This document shows positions 1-8,416 of a stretch of DNA of 64,000 nt, one piece after another. Source of the stretch: a virus (Duplodnaviria; Caudoviricetes); the IMG/VR virus record IMGVR_UViG_3300017814_000114, positions 28,052-92,051 of that record; one strand, written 5' to 3'. Both the position numbers and the translations under genes were made by a program. Each line of letters opens with the position of its first letter. Positions within the stretch are counted from its first letter, which is position 1. The notes under the pieces were generated by a model, which saw nothing but the letters and a program-made list of their open reading frames with translations, had not been told where the DNA came from and did not search any database.

Positions 1-70
1 AGACAAAGCCGATAAGATTTTCAATATCATCAAACAACAGGAGGAAAAGAGTAATGAAAATAACGGTTGA
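1..70 (+). CDS. Holin, 3' end (partial)
   Basis: Nearly identical to 61736..61805, the end of the holin-like ORF 61332..61805; TGA at 68-70. Confidence 0.8.
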   Translation, partial: DKADKIFNIIKQQEEKSNENNG

Positions 71-467
71 CAGACTTTGGAAAAAAGAGACGTATACCAT
101 CGGAAAGATGGCCATTGATGAAAAATACTTCTGCAACACACTTGAAGATAAAGTCAGAGACCTTACAAAAGAATCCAAAGTTTTCGGTAGGACGGCCATT
201 CCTGCCGGAACTTACCGAGTGACGATGACTTACTCTCCCAAGTTCAAGCGAGTAATGCCACTGATTAACGGCGTTCCGCAATTCGAAGCTATCCGCATTC
301 ATCCGGGTAACAAGGCTGAAGATACGGAAGGCTGTATTCTTGTTGGCGAGAATACCGTAATAGGCGGTCTGACAAATTCACGCAAGTGGTCTAATGAGCT
401 GAATAAGCGTATTCAAAATGCGATCGATAAGAAAGAGAATGTATATATAACTCTAAAAAACGACTGA
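54..467 (+). CDS. Endolysin, DUF5675 family (L,D-peptidase-like)
   Basis: TIG...CNTLED and IRIHPGN..DTEGCILVG motifs; lies between holin and lipoprotein. Confidence 0.85.
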   Translation: MKITVDRLWKKETYTIGKMAIDEKYFCNTLEDKVRDLTKESKVFGRTAIPAGTYRVTMTYSPKFKRVMPLINGVPQFEAIRIHPGNKAEDTEGCILVGENTVIGGLTNSRKWSNELNKRIQNAIDKKENVYITLKND

Positions 468-468
468 A

Positions 469-672
469 ATGAAAGATTATCAAAAAAGACTTATAGCTGA
501 AGAAAAACAGCTATCGGAGAATGCAAAGAAACTCGAGGATTTTATATTTGAAAGCCCCGTGTATGAAACTTTAAGTAGGCAGCAACAAAAGCTATCTTGC
601 CAACAACTAGGTGCGATGGAAATGTATTGTCGTATTTTGCGGGAACGAATTAAATTAGAAAACATCGAATAA
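469..672 (+). CDS. Small helical phage protein (resembles crAss001_48-related family)
   Basis: MKDYQKRL..E..QL and QL.AM..Y..IL..RI pattern; tightly packed in the lysis operon. Confidence 0.6.
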   Translation: MKDYQKRLIAEEKQLSENAKKLEDFIFESPVYETLSRQQQKLSCQQLGAMEMYCRILRERIKLENIE

Positions 673-680
673 TTGATGAT

Positions 681-1100
681 ATGAAACGAAAGCAGACGTA
701 CATATACACTATCATCCTATTTATGATGTTGCTGACCTCATGTCGATCGGTTAAGTATGTGCCGGTTGAAAGCGTTCGGACCGAAACGAAGTATATCAAT
801 AAGCTGGTGCAAAAGCATGATTCCATCTATTTGCACGATTCTATTTCTTCGTATATCAAAGGGGATACGGTATTTATGGATAAGTACCAGACGAAGTACG
901 TGAACAAGTATATCTTCGGCACGGACAGTGTCTATTTTAATAAGAACGATTCCATACGTGTTCCTTATCCGGTAGAAAAACAGCTCACCAAGTGGCAAAA
1001 GGTAGAAATGAATACTGGCAGAATAACGATTATTGCATTGATTGTGTTGGCTATTTCATCGGGAGTTTATCTTTTTGTGAAGGATAAAATAAGAAAGTAA
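681..1100 (+). CDS. Lipoprotein with C-terminal TM helix, unimolecular spanin-like
   Basis: Lipobox-like LLTSC, beta-rich D-S/T-I/V repeats, C-terminal hydrophobic helix, follows the endolysin. Confidence 0.75.
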   Translation: MKRKQTYIYTIILFMMLLTSCRSVKYVPVESVRTETKYINKLVQKHDSIYLHDSISSYIKGDTVFMDKYQTKYVNKYIFGTDSVYFNKNDSIRVPYPVEKQLTKWQKVEMNTGRITIIALIVLAISSGVYLFVKDKIRK

Positions 1101-1233
1101 ACCGAGAGGTTGAAGAAATAATTTTAGATTGAGAGAAGGAAGTTCCGGATAAAATTCTGGCACTTCCTTTATTTATTTTCATTGTGCAACAAACAAAAGT
1201 TGATTATCTTCGCAGCATCAAAACACAAGTAAT

Positions 1234-1461
1234 ATGGAAACAGCAACAAAAATGATTATGAGCGACATTCTCTTGGATATCTCTTGGGCAAGACTATCTA
1301 CAAGATATCTCGGCAAATCACGCTCTTGGCTGCACCAAAAACTAGACGGTATTAATAGTAACGGTGGCGTCGGAGAATTTTCTGCTGAAGAAAAACAACA
1401 GCTCAAAGGTGCTTTATGCGATCTTTCGGAACGTATACGCCAAGCAGCTGAAAAGATTTAG
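1234..1461 (+). CDS. DUF5053-family small HTH protein
   Basis: ISWARLS..YLGKSRSWLHQKLDG...F...E...LKGAL.DLS.RI signature; upstream TATCTTCG -7-like box. Confidence 0.8.
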   Translation: METATKMIMSDILLDISWARLSTRYLGKSRSWLHQKLDGINSNGGVGEFSAEEKQQLKGALCDLSERIRQAAEKI

Positions 1462-1502
1462 GCCTTTCTTTTATATTTTGATTGCCGTTTAGGTCACGGC
1501 TT

Positions 1503-1536
1503 TGCTCCGAGTCTTTTATGGATTCGGAGCATTTTA
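1503..1536 (+). terminator. Intrinsic terminator
   Basis: tgctccgagtc/gattcggagca stem followed by T-tract. Confidence 0.7.
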
Positions 1537-1718
1537 TCCCTCCTTTTTTATCTTAAAAGTCTTTTCTAAAATAAACCTTGCGGTTGGATTAAAGATAGCG
1601 ATAGAGATTCTTTTACTGAACGAATAATAAGAGGGAAACTGCAAATGTTATATTATTAATAATAAATTTTATTGATGTTTTTTATTAATAAAGTTGATTG
1701 GAATTGCAATTATATTAA

Positions 1719-1726
1719 TAACTTTG
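1719..1726 (+). promoter_or_regulatory. Bacteroidota housekeeping -7 promoter box
   Basis: TAACTTTG matches TAnnTTTG, 35 nt upstream of ORF 1761. Confidence 0.65.
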
Positions 1727-1760
1727 CACAAGAAGTTGAAACAAACAGATAATAGAAATT

Positions 1761-1982
1761 ATGGAAAAGGATATCGAACTAAAGAGACAACAGTTGATAC
1801 AAAAGATTCAAGAAATGCCTGTGTCAAAATCGGATCATCCTTTAAGTAAGCATGAAGTCTATACTAAAATAATGGAAGCTGGCTATAGACGTGCTTTTGC
1901 GACTCCTGAATCAGCAAAAAAATTTCTTCAAAGAGCAGGAGTTTATAATTCAAAAGGAGAACTTGCTAAGGGATATAAATAA
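1761..1982 (+). CDS. Small putative antitoxin partner
   Basis: C-terminal SAKKFLQRAGVY..KGEL...Y; stop overlaps the start of the next ORF (TAATG). Confidence 0.55.
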   Translation: MEKDIELKRQQLIQKIQEMPVSKSDHPLSKHEVYTKIMEAGYRRAFATPESAKKFLQRAGVYNSKGELAKGYK

Positions 1983-2851
1983 TGAACGCCGATTTATATT
2001 CCAAAAGGCCTAATCTAATTATAGGATTTCATGGGTGTGATCAATCAATCGTAGAAAAAGTACTGAATGGAAAAGAGGAATTAAAGAGAAGTACAAACGA
2101 TTATGATTGGTTAGGAGAAGGAATATATTTTTGGCAGAATAGCCAAGAAAGAGCTATTCAATATGCTAACGAAGCAAAAGAACGCAAAAATTCAAATATA
2201 ACAAATCCAGCTGTTATTGGCGCAATTATTGATCTCGGATTATGTCTTGACTTATTGGATTATAAGCACTTGCAAGATGTGAAACGTTCTTATGAAGTCT
2301 TAAAAGCCGATTCCCAAAATCCCCTCCCCGAAAATAAAATGGAAATTGGTGGTACAAAAATGCTACGATATTTGGATAAAACCGTAATCCAATCAGTCCA
2401 TACGGCAAGAAAAGATCAATATCAGAAACTTCAAGAGATGGAAGCACGTATTAGAGCTCTCATCTACATGGTTAAATCTTCAAAATATTCTATTGAGGAC
2501 TATATAGAATGTACTAATGATTTTGTGGATTCACTGAGATCATATAGTGCCGACACTTTCGAGTCAGATTTCACAGAAGAGAGGAAGAATGCATTCATTA
2601 ATATAATAACTAATCAAGAGAAGAAGGATGCAATACATATATTAGAGCAATGGGCTGATAATATCAAATTAAATTCTTCTTTGGTACAACCATATGATTC
2701 TGTAAGAAGTACATTTCTAGAAGGACAAGAGTTATATCCTGATGCCGGATTTAGAGAAAAAAATCATATCCAGATTTGTATTCGAAATACAAATTGCATA
2801 AAAGGATATTTCTTGCCTAAAGATATGGATGAATGTTATCCTAATCCATAA
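1982..2851 (+). CDS. Putative ADP-ribosyltransferase-fold toxin (DUF3990-like)
   Basis: GFHG, DWLGEGIYFW, YDSVR and HIQICIRN motifs. Confidence 0.6.
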   Translation: MNADLYSKRPNLIIGFHGCDQSIVEKVLNGKEELKRSTNDYDWLGEGIYFWQNSQERAIQYANEAKERKNSNITNPAVIGAIIDLGLCLDLLDYKHLQDVKRSYEVLKADSQNPLPENKMEIGGTKMLRYLDKTVIQSVHTARKDQYQKLQEMEARIRALIYMVKSSKYSIEDYIECTNDFVDSLRSYSADTFESDFTEERKNAFINIITNQEKKDAIHILEQWADNIKLNSSLVQPYDSVRSTFLEGQELYPDAGFREKNHIQICIRNTNCIKGYFLPKDMDECYPNP

Positions 2852-2898
2852 CAAAAACGTGTATCTTCTTTATATCAAAAAATCAAACCTAAAAGACC

Positions 2899-3231
2899 AT
2901 GAATAAAATGAAGTATGTAAAACCTGACGATGTGAAATCACCGAAAAATCACCTCGAATTAGTACGAGTATTGTATGATGGTAAAGATGACCCAAGTTAT
3001 TCAATTGCAATAGTCAAATATGACGACGGTGATGAAAGTTATGCAATGAGATGGAACATCTCTTCTGCTGAATATGATGATCCTGACAAAGTGCAGGGAA
3101 AGAAGCTCTGTATCGGTAACCCTGTTTCAAGAGGTTATCCCACATGGTTTGTACTACCTTTACCTGTTAAAGTTGACGAAGAGGATGATTTTTTAAACCG
3201 CTTAAAGAACTTGATGAAAAAAGCAAAATAA
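2899..3231 (+). CDS. Hypothetical protein
   Basis: 110-aa ORF with globular composition (MRWN, GNPVSRGYPTWF motifs); function not recognised. Confidence 0.65.
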   Translation: MNKMKYVKPDDVKSPKNHLELVRVLYDGKDDPSYSIAIVKYDDGDESYAMRWNISSAEYDDPDKVQGKKLCIGNPVSRGYPTWFVLPLPVKVDEEDDFLNRLKNLMKKAK

Positions 3232-3285
3232 GAGAGTGTAATTAACACATCGATTTAATTAAGCTCTTTACCGCAATATCAAAAA

Positions 3286-3316
3286 AGGAACATCGCACGT
3301 CGATTGTTCCTCTTTT
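3286..3316. terminator. Bidirectional terminator hairpin, repeated at 43299..43331
   Basis: aggaacatcg/cgattgttcct stem with A-run before and T-rich tail after, between convergent genes. Confidence 0.7.
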
Positions 3317-3341
3317 CTAATATGGCTTATAAAAAAGAGAA

Positions 3342-4532
3342 TTATTTTTTTATATTATTTTTCATATATGCATTGCATATCTTTATCGCCTCTCTCATTT
3401 CTTTTACTTCTTCTACTTTTCTCTCTATTTTAGTTTCATTTTCTTTAGAAATTTCAAGGGCTTTTTTTATAGCGCTTATCAGTTTTTTGAGTTCTTCTTC
3501 ATCCAAAGAAATTCTTTTAACATCCCAGCTCATTTTATTTGTCATCTTAGTTGCCATGTTAATTATCTCCTGATGATTACTATACAACAAATCCGCTTTT
3601 GCTAATACCTCTTTTATTTCATTAAAATGCTCAATTGGGCAGCCTTCATATTTTATAGAATCAATATCACGAATATAATTATTTTGCTCTTCTATGAGAG
3701 TATAAATTTTTTGAATATCTCCTTGATAAAGTCGACTATATTTATAGCCAATCTTAATCGATATAAATTCTTCGTAAACAAAATTTACATCGATTTCTTC
3801 ATTTATTAACACTTTATCTATCAATCTGTCAATTGAACTAATTAATTTTCGCAACGGATTACCTATAATTGCTATTAGTATGTATACAATAGCCATTATC
3901 CCCGAAATCACCAAAGAAAATCTAATACTCAACATATAACCCTCAGTACGACTAAAATCTAAAATTCCACAAAGTAGCATCAAAGAAGCATACAACAAAT
4001 AAGGCCAGTTTTTTACATATCCAGCCTCTTGTTTAAATTTATGCCTACAATACATTTCCATGCCTTTTAAAGTGATATAACCAGAAAATGCAAAAGATAT
4101 TATAAAATTAAAAATAAGCGAACTTTCATGTAATGAAGTTGATTTAATATCTAATATTTCTAGCAATGGTCTTAGTAATAGATTTGGCCATATATATGAA
4201 ACAAATAGAAGAGTTGGTATTATGATATCAACTATACCTAAAACTTGTCCAGATGATTTTACAAACCGATACGGATAATATTCATAGTTCTTTTTTTTAT
4301 AAAAATCTTTAAATAATAAAAGGCTAAGCAACATCGTACAAAAGCTTCTTGAAAATAAAAAGATCTCTTGTGGGTTTTTCGTTAACTTATTATTAAATAA
4401 ATCAATTAGTATCCATAATAAAGTAGCTATTGTCCCAATCAAGGCCCATATAGACCATCCGAAGTCTTTATTTTTCTCTGAGACTCTTTGTCTTTCAGAA
4501 TATAAAATATTTAGAAGTTCATCCTTTTCCAT
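3342..4532 (-). CDS. Multi-pass membrane protein with C-terminal coiled coil
   Basis: About six hydrophobic segments in the N-terminal half, charged helical C-terminus; own TATCTTTG box on the minus strand at 4548..4555. Confidence 0.75.
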   Translation of the reverse strand: MEKDELLNILYSERQRVSEKNKDFGWSIWALIGTIATLLWILIDLFNNKLTKNPQEIFLFSRSFCTMLLSLLLFKDFYKKKNYEYYPYRFVKSSGQVLGIVDIIIPTLLFVSYIWPNLLLRPLLEILDIKSTSLHESSLIFNFIISFAFSGYITLKGMEMYCRHKFKQEAGYVKNWPYLLYASLMLLCGILDFSRTEGYMLSIRFSLVISGIMAIVYILIAIIGNPLRKLISSIDRLIDKVLINEEIDVNFVYEEFISIKIGYKYSRLYQGDIQKIYTLIEEQNNYIRDIDSIKYEGCPIEHFNEIKEVLAKADLLYSNHQEIINMATKMTNKMSWDVKRISLDEEELKKLISAIKKALEISKENETKIERKVEEVKEMREAIKICNAYMKNNIKK

Positions 4533-4692
4533 AAAACATTTTTCTTACAAAGATATATGTTTCATTTTATTTCAGAATAAAATCCCGCAAAATATAAATT
4601 ATTAAATCATTAGTGCAAGATCAGTCAAGACAAAACTTTAATCTTATAGTTTTTACTACACAATCATGAAACCTCTAAATTTTTATAAATTC

Positions 4693-4725
4693 TTTTTGAA
4701 AAGAAATAATTTTCCTCTACATTTG
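4693..4725 (+). promoter_or_regulatory. Housekeeping promoter of the pentapeptide-FRG operon, copy 1
   Basis: TTTG (-33) and TACATTTG (-7); nearly identical copy at 43369..43401. Confidence 0.8.
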
Positions 4726-4742
4726 ACTTCAAATTTCAATAC

Positions 4743-5807
4743 ATGAAAACAAAGTTTACCATCCCATCTAAATTTAGACCATCATTTAAAGGAAAGGTTT
4801 ATATCATTATAATTCTTTTTTTCAGCCCCTTTATATGCGTCTTTATTAATTATAGTACATCATTATATCTTGGTGACCTATACACTTTCGGGATACTAGA
4901 TCGAAAAGATTTCTTCACGGTATGGATAGCTTTATTTGGAGCAATAGGTATTGCAATTAATATATACCAAAATCAAAAGAGGACGGTTAACCAAGACCGA
5001 CAATTAGAGAATCAAAACAAACAATTACAAAACCAAGAAGAACAACTCAAAGAGCAAGAGAAGCAAATTGAACTACAAAGTAAATCGCAACGTGATAGTA
5101 GATTTTCTAAAGGAATAGAATTATTGGGCAATGACAACGAATCGGCTCGAGCTGGAGCTGCTTATAGCTTATATTTTTTAGCGAAAGATTATCCAGATGA
5201 ATTTTCAAAACCAGTATTTGAGATACTATGTTCCCACATCAGAACTCTCACCACATCCGAAGAGTATTTAAAGAAACATCCAACAGTATCGAATGAGGTA
5301 CAAACAATATTAGACTTACTATTTAAAAATCAATCATTATTAGATTGGGAATCAGAAGAAAACTTTGATGAAGAAAGAATAAGAGACACATTATTTTCTA
5401 AGTTTTCTGCGAATCTTCAACATTCAAATTTACAAGGAGCTGATTTAATGACAGCAAATTTATACAATGCAAAATTATTCCGCACTAACTTAGCAGGAGC
5501 AGAACTTATTGGAGCGTATTTGGAAATGGCCGTTTTATCTAAGACTATATTTAGCGGGGCATCATCTTTGGCTATAGCTAATTTAAAAGGAGCCTATTTA
5601 GGATCTATTAATTTAAGGGGGGTTAATTTGGAAGGAGCTATTTTGGAAGGAGCAACCTTAATTCATTTAAAAGAGGTAGATTTATCATTAGTTGATCTGG
5701 AAGGAGTAATTATCAGTTCCAGTATGAGACCATCCCTTGAACAAAGTAGCATCGATTTATCTGGCGTTATTTGGATTGATGACGAAGAACGAAAAAAGAA
5801 TAATTAA
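4743..5807 (+). CDS. Membrane-anchored pentapeptide-repeat protein, copy 1
   Basis: Two N-terminal TM segments, Q-rich heptads, RFSKGIELLG helical region, C-terminal A(N/D)Lxx pentapeptides. Confidence 0.88.
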   Translation: MKTKFTIPSKFRPSFKGKVYIIIILFFSPFICVFINYSTSLYLGDLYTFGILDRKDFFTVWIALFGAIGIAINIYQNQKRTVNQDRQLENQNKQLQNQEEQLKEQEKQIELQSKSQRDSRFSKGIELLGNDNESARAGAAYSLYFLAKDYPDEFSKPVFEILCSHIRTLTTSEEYLKKHPTVSNEVQTILDLLFKNQSLLDWESEENFDEERIRDTLFSKFSANLQHSNLQGADLMTANLYNAKLFRTNLAGAELIGAYLEMAVLSKTIFSGASSLAIANLKGAYLGSINLRGVNLEGAILEGATLIHLKEVDLSLVDLEGVIISSSMRPSLEQSSIDLSGVIWIDDEERKKNN

Positions 5808-5852
5808 TAAAGCAAATAGCTATAATTTCACTTATACTATAAACACATTATC

Positions 5853-6779
5853 ATGGATGATATATTAAAAGAAGTTCATTGTACAGATGCTAAAGATTTT
5901 ATTTCAAAGTTTTCGTATGGAGGTGAATATTTTCATTTAAGAACTGACAATTTCATTTTCAGAGGTGAACCTTCAGATCAATATTCCCTCATACCAAGTT
6001 CTTTGCGAGAAGAGAATCGAACAAAAATCGAGGAAATAATAAGGAATCTCGCTCCTGAATTCTCAAAAGACAATTTTGATTTATCACAAGAATATAATTG
6101 TAATCAAATTACTTCAGAATATGCGCTGCTCAACGTATTTTTCCAAAAATGTGATTACAACGGTTTATACATTCCTGAGATAAACGATCTTAGGCTTTTA
6201 AGAGGACACTACACTTATTTAGCAACAGAAATGGAGAATATAGATGTCTGGCTACCACTTAAATATATTGAACTCGCAGGTTTAGCTCAACATTATGGAA
6301 TATATACAAGACTGCTTGATTGGACTCAAGATCTTAATGTCGCTTTATATTTTGCAGTATCTGGCTACATGCTAAATAAAACTACCGAGAATCCAGATAA
6401 CCATCCTAAAAATATAGTAATATGGGCATTAAATACAGAGATTGTAGTAAATAACAAATCCGATATGCCGGGATTAAAAATTACTGTCCCAAAATATAAT
6501 AGTAATCCTAATTTATGTGCACAAAAAGGAGTTTTTACCTTGTGGCAAACACATAAAAATAACAAGAATCTTACTGATAGAGCCCCTTTAAATAAGTTGA
6601 TCGAAGAAAATCCTAAGCTTTTAGGAAATGTAAAGAGCGGTAATCCGTTATATAAGATATATATTCCAACCCAAGATTACCAAGGACTAAAAACTCATTT
6701 AGAGACATCAGGTTATGATTCTTCTAGATTATTTCCTGGATATAGAGGCGTAGCCAAAAGCCTTTTAAGAAATATTTAA
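5853..6779 (+). CDS. FRG-domain protein, copy 1
   Basis: FIFRGE and LAQHYG..TRLLDWT motifs, N...Q.GVF, terminal LFPG. Confidence 0.9.
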   Translation: MDDILKEVHCTDAKDFISKFSYGGEYFHLRTDNFIFRGEPSDQYSLIPSSLREENRTKIEEIIRNLAPEFSKDNFDLSQEYNCNQITSEYALLNVFFQKCDYNGLYIPEINDLRLLRGHYTYLATEMENIDVWLPLKYIELAGLAQHYGIYTRLLDWTQDLNVALYFAVSGYMLNKTTENPDNHPKNIVIWALNTEIVVNNKSDMPGLKITVPKYNSNPNLCAQKGVFTLWQTHKNNKNLTDRAPLNKLIEENPKLLGNVKSGNPLYKIYIPTQDYQGLKTHLETSGYDSSRLFPGYRGVAKSLLRNI

Positions 6780-6815
6780 ACTGAATATATTTAATCAAAT
6801 TATAAATGACTAATC

Positions 6816-7844
6816 ATGAAAAATGTTGGCATAGAATTAGTAAATCCACAGAAAGGATATGTTGCATTACCCTATACAGATGAACAACTATCGCAATTCA
6901 TTAAAAGTTTATTGGGTACTCCTCAAACAATCTCTAAAAAAATTGAAGGCGTTTTTGTTATACAACTAAGTGACATACAAAGTTTTAATGATTTAATTTG
7001 CCAAAGAGTCGCACAACAAAATCAGAGTAAACTACTTGAAGTAAAATCAACAATCTATTTTTCAGACAAATCAAATATAACACTAAACAGTTATGATGAT
7101 TTAATTAGTTACTACGAGATAAAACCTCTATTATCAATTGGAATAAGAATAACATGGAGTTTTCTAATTAATTTTCCAGATAAAGAAACTCCTGAACGAC
7201 AAGAAATAGAATTATTTTATTGTGCTAACAAAAGGAAGCTCTTGACAAATTCAGATGTTAGCAGTGAAAGCTACTTTAATATTGAAATTAGACATACACA
7301 AAGGACATGGGGTGTTGATATTGAGAATATTATTGAAGACCAGATAGATTCTATAAAACAAAAAATATCTAAATTTAGATTTTTTGTTAAAAGAAATTCA
7401 TCAGAAATAGCGTTCTTATTAGTAATGTTCATTTTAATCATATTTTTTCAAGGATTCTATACAGCAAAAAATAAATACATCACTACACAAAAGGAAGGAC
7501 TTTACTATTATATTGATCACAACAAAGACATTGGAAAAAAAATAGATTACACAATGAAAGAGATAATAATAAACAAAAAGCTAGAGAACAATTATCTAGA
7601 CAACATATACATAGTCTTAACCATACCAATTCTTCTAGCCATCGGATTATGGATTAAGGTAATGGCTTCAAGAATGCCAAAAAGTTTTCTAATATTCAGC
7701 CGAAAAAGTTATGACGAATATAATGACTATAAGAAAGTTAAAAATAGAGATTGGATAATGTTTTGGATATCTATTATAGTTAGCATACTAGCTGGAATTT
7801 TTTCTAATTATCTATATAGTTTCATGATAAACCTATTCAACTAA
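6816..7844 (+). CDS. Hypothetical membrane protein (soluble N-domain plus about 3 C-terminal TM helices)
   Basis: Hydrophobic segments IAFLLVMFILIIFF, IYIVLTIPILLAIGLWI, WIMFWISIIVSILAGIF. Confidence 0.75.
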   Translation: MKNVGIELVNPQKGYVALPYTDEQLSQFIKSLLGTPQTISKKIEGVFVIQLSDIQSFNDLICQRVAQQNQSKLLEVKSTIYFSDKSNITLNSYDDLISYYEIKPLLSIGIRITWSFLINFPDKETPERQEIELFYCANKRKLLTNSDVSSESYFNIEIRHTQRTWGVDIENIIEDQIDSIKQKISKFRFFVKRNSSEIAFLLVMFILIIFFQGFYTAKNKYITTQKEGLYYYIDHNKDIGKKIDYTMKEIIINKKLENNYLDNIYIVLTIPILLAIGLWIKVMASRMPKSFLIFSRKSYDEYNDYKKVKNRDWIMFWISIIVSILAGIFSNYLYSFMINLFN

Positions 7845-7911
7845 TTCACAATAAACAGCATCAATATTACTTTTGTAATAGTTATCAACTATTTTCTAAT
7901 TTTTCTCCCCT

Positions 7912-8155
7912 TTTCCTTTGCTGTCTCAAATATTCTTTCGATATTTGCCCCAGCTAAACAGTAGTGAAATGTCTTTCACTTCGCAGAGCGCGGTTAATGC
8001 TCAACGATTTACGTCGGGCTTTTTTTATGCCCCACATACATATAAGCCATGCGGCTGTCTTCCGGGTATTTTTTTCTCTTCGGAGTGAGATTTACTACTG
8101 TTTAGCGACACGGAACGGCAGCCGTTTTTCTGTCGAAACGCTAAACAGTAGTAAT
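7912..8155 (+). ncRNA. c4/CI-like antisense RNA leader, prophage A
   Basis: gctaaacagtagt at 7953 and 8140, exact complement at 8094..8106; scaffold conserved with 46884..47124. Confidence 0.65.
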
Positions 8156-8416
8156 ATGAAAACGAACAATTCCATTGCAGTATTGCAGCCCAAAAGCAGC
8201 AATCTCGCACAGATCGTTTCCGGTACCGGGAACAAAATCTTCCAAAAAATCAATTCTATTCTACCCGACGAATGCAAAGTGCAGTCCCGTTCCGATGCCT
8301 GGTTCGTAGCAGCCACTTTCAGTTTGCTTATTACCATCCCTATTTATTACCTTCTACCTATAACCGCCCTATGTGTATACAAAGGCAATCAATTGAGCAG
8401 CCATGAAGAGCTTTAA
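8156..8416 (+). CDS. Small membrane protein after the antisense leader (Kil/Icd-like position)
   Basis: Start MKTN chosen by homology to 47125..47382 (shared P.E.K....SDA and CVYK). Confidence 0.6.
   Translation: MKTNNSIAVLQPKSSNLAQIVSGTGNKIFQKINSILPDECKVQSRSDAWFVAATFSLLITIPIYYLLPITALCVYKGNQLSSHEEL

Larger units (their letters stand above)
1..1135 (+). repeat. Lysis module shared with 61736..62658
   Basis: Long near-identical nucleotide stretches, apart from the 469..672 insertion. Confidence 0.92.
4693..6806 (+). repeat. Promoter-pentapeptide-FRG unit repeated at 43369..45364
   Basis: Paralogous proteins and conserved intergenic DNA (cacttatactataaacacattatcATG). Confidence 0.9.

Noticed and set aside
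1-1135. Terminal redundancy or mis-assembly of one circular phage
   Set aside because: The copies differ by many substitutions and a gene, and each element has its own tape measure, tail gene and integrase
7964-8155. Long N-terminal extensions of ORFs 7964..8416 and 46966..47382
   Set aside because: They run through the structured RNA leader; protein homology between the copies begins at MKTN, although a leader-spanning product cannot be excluded
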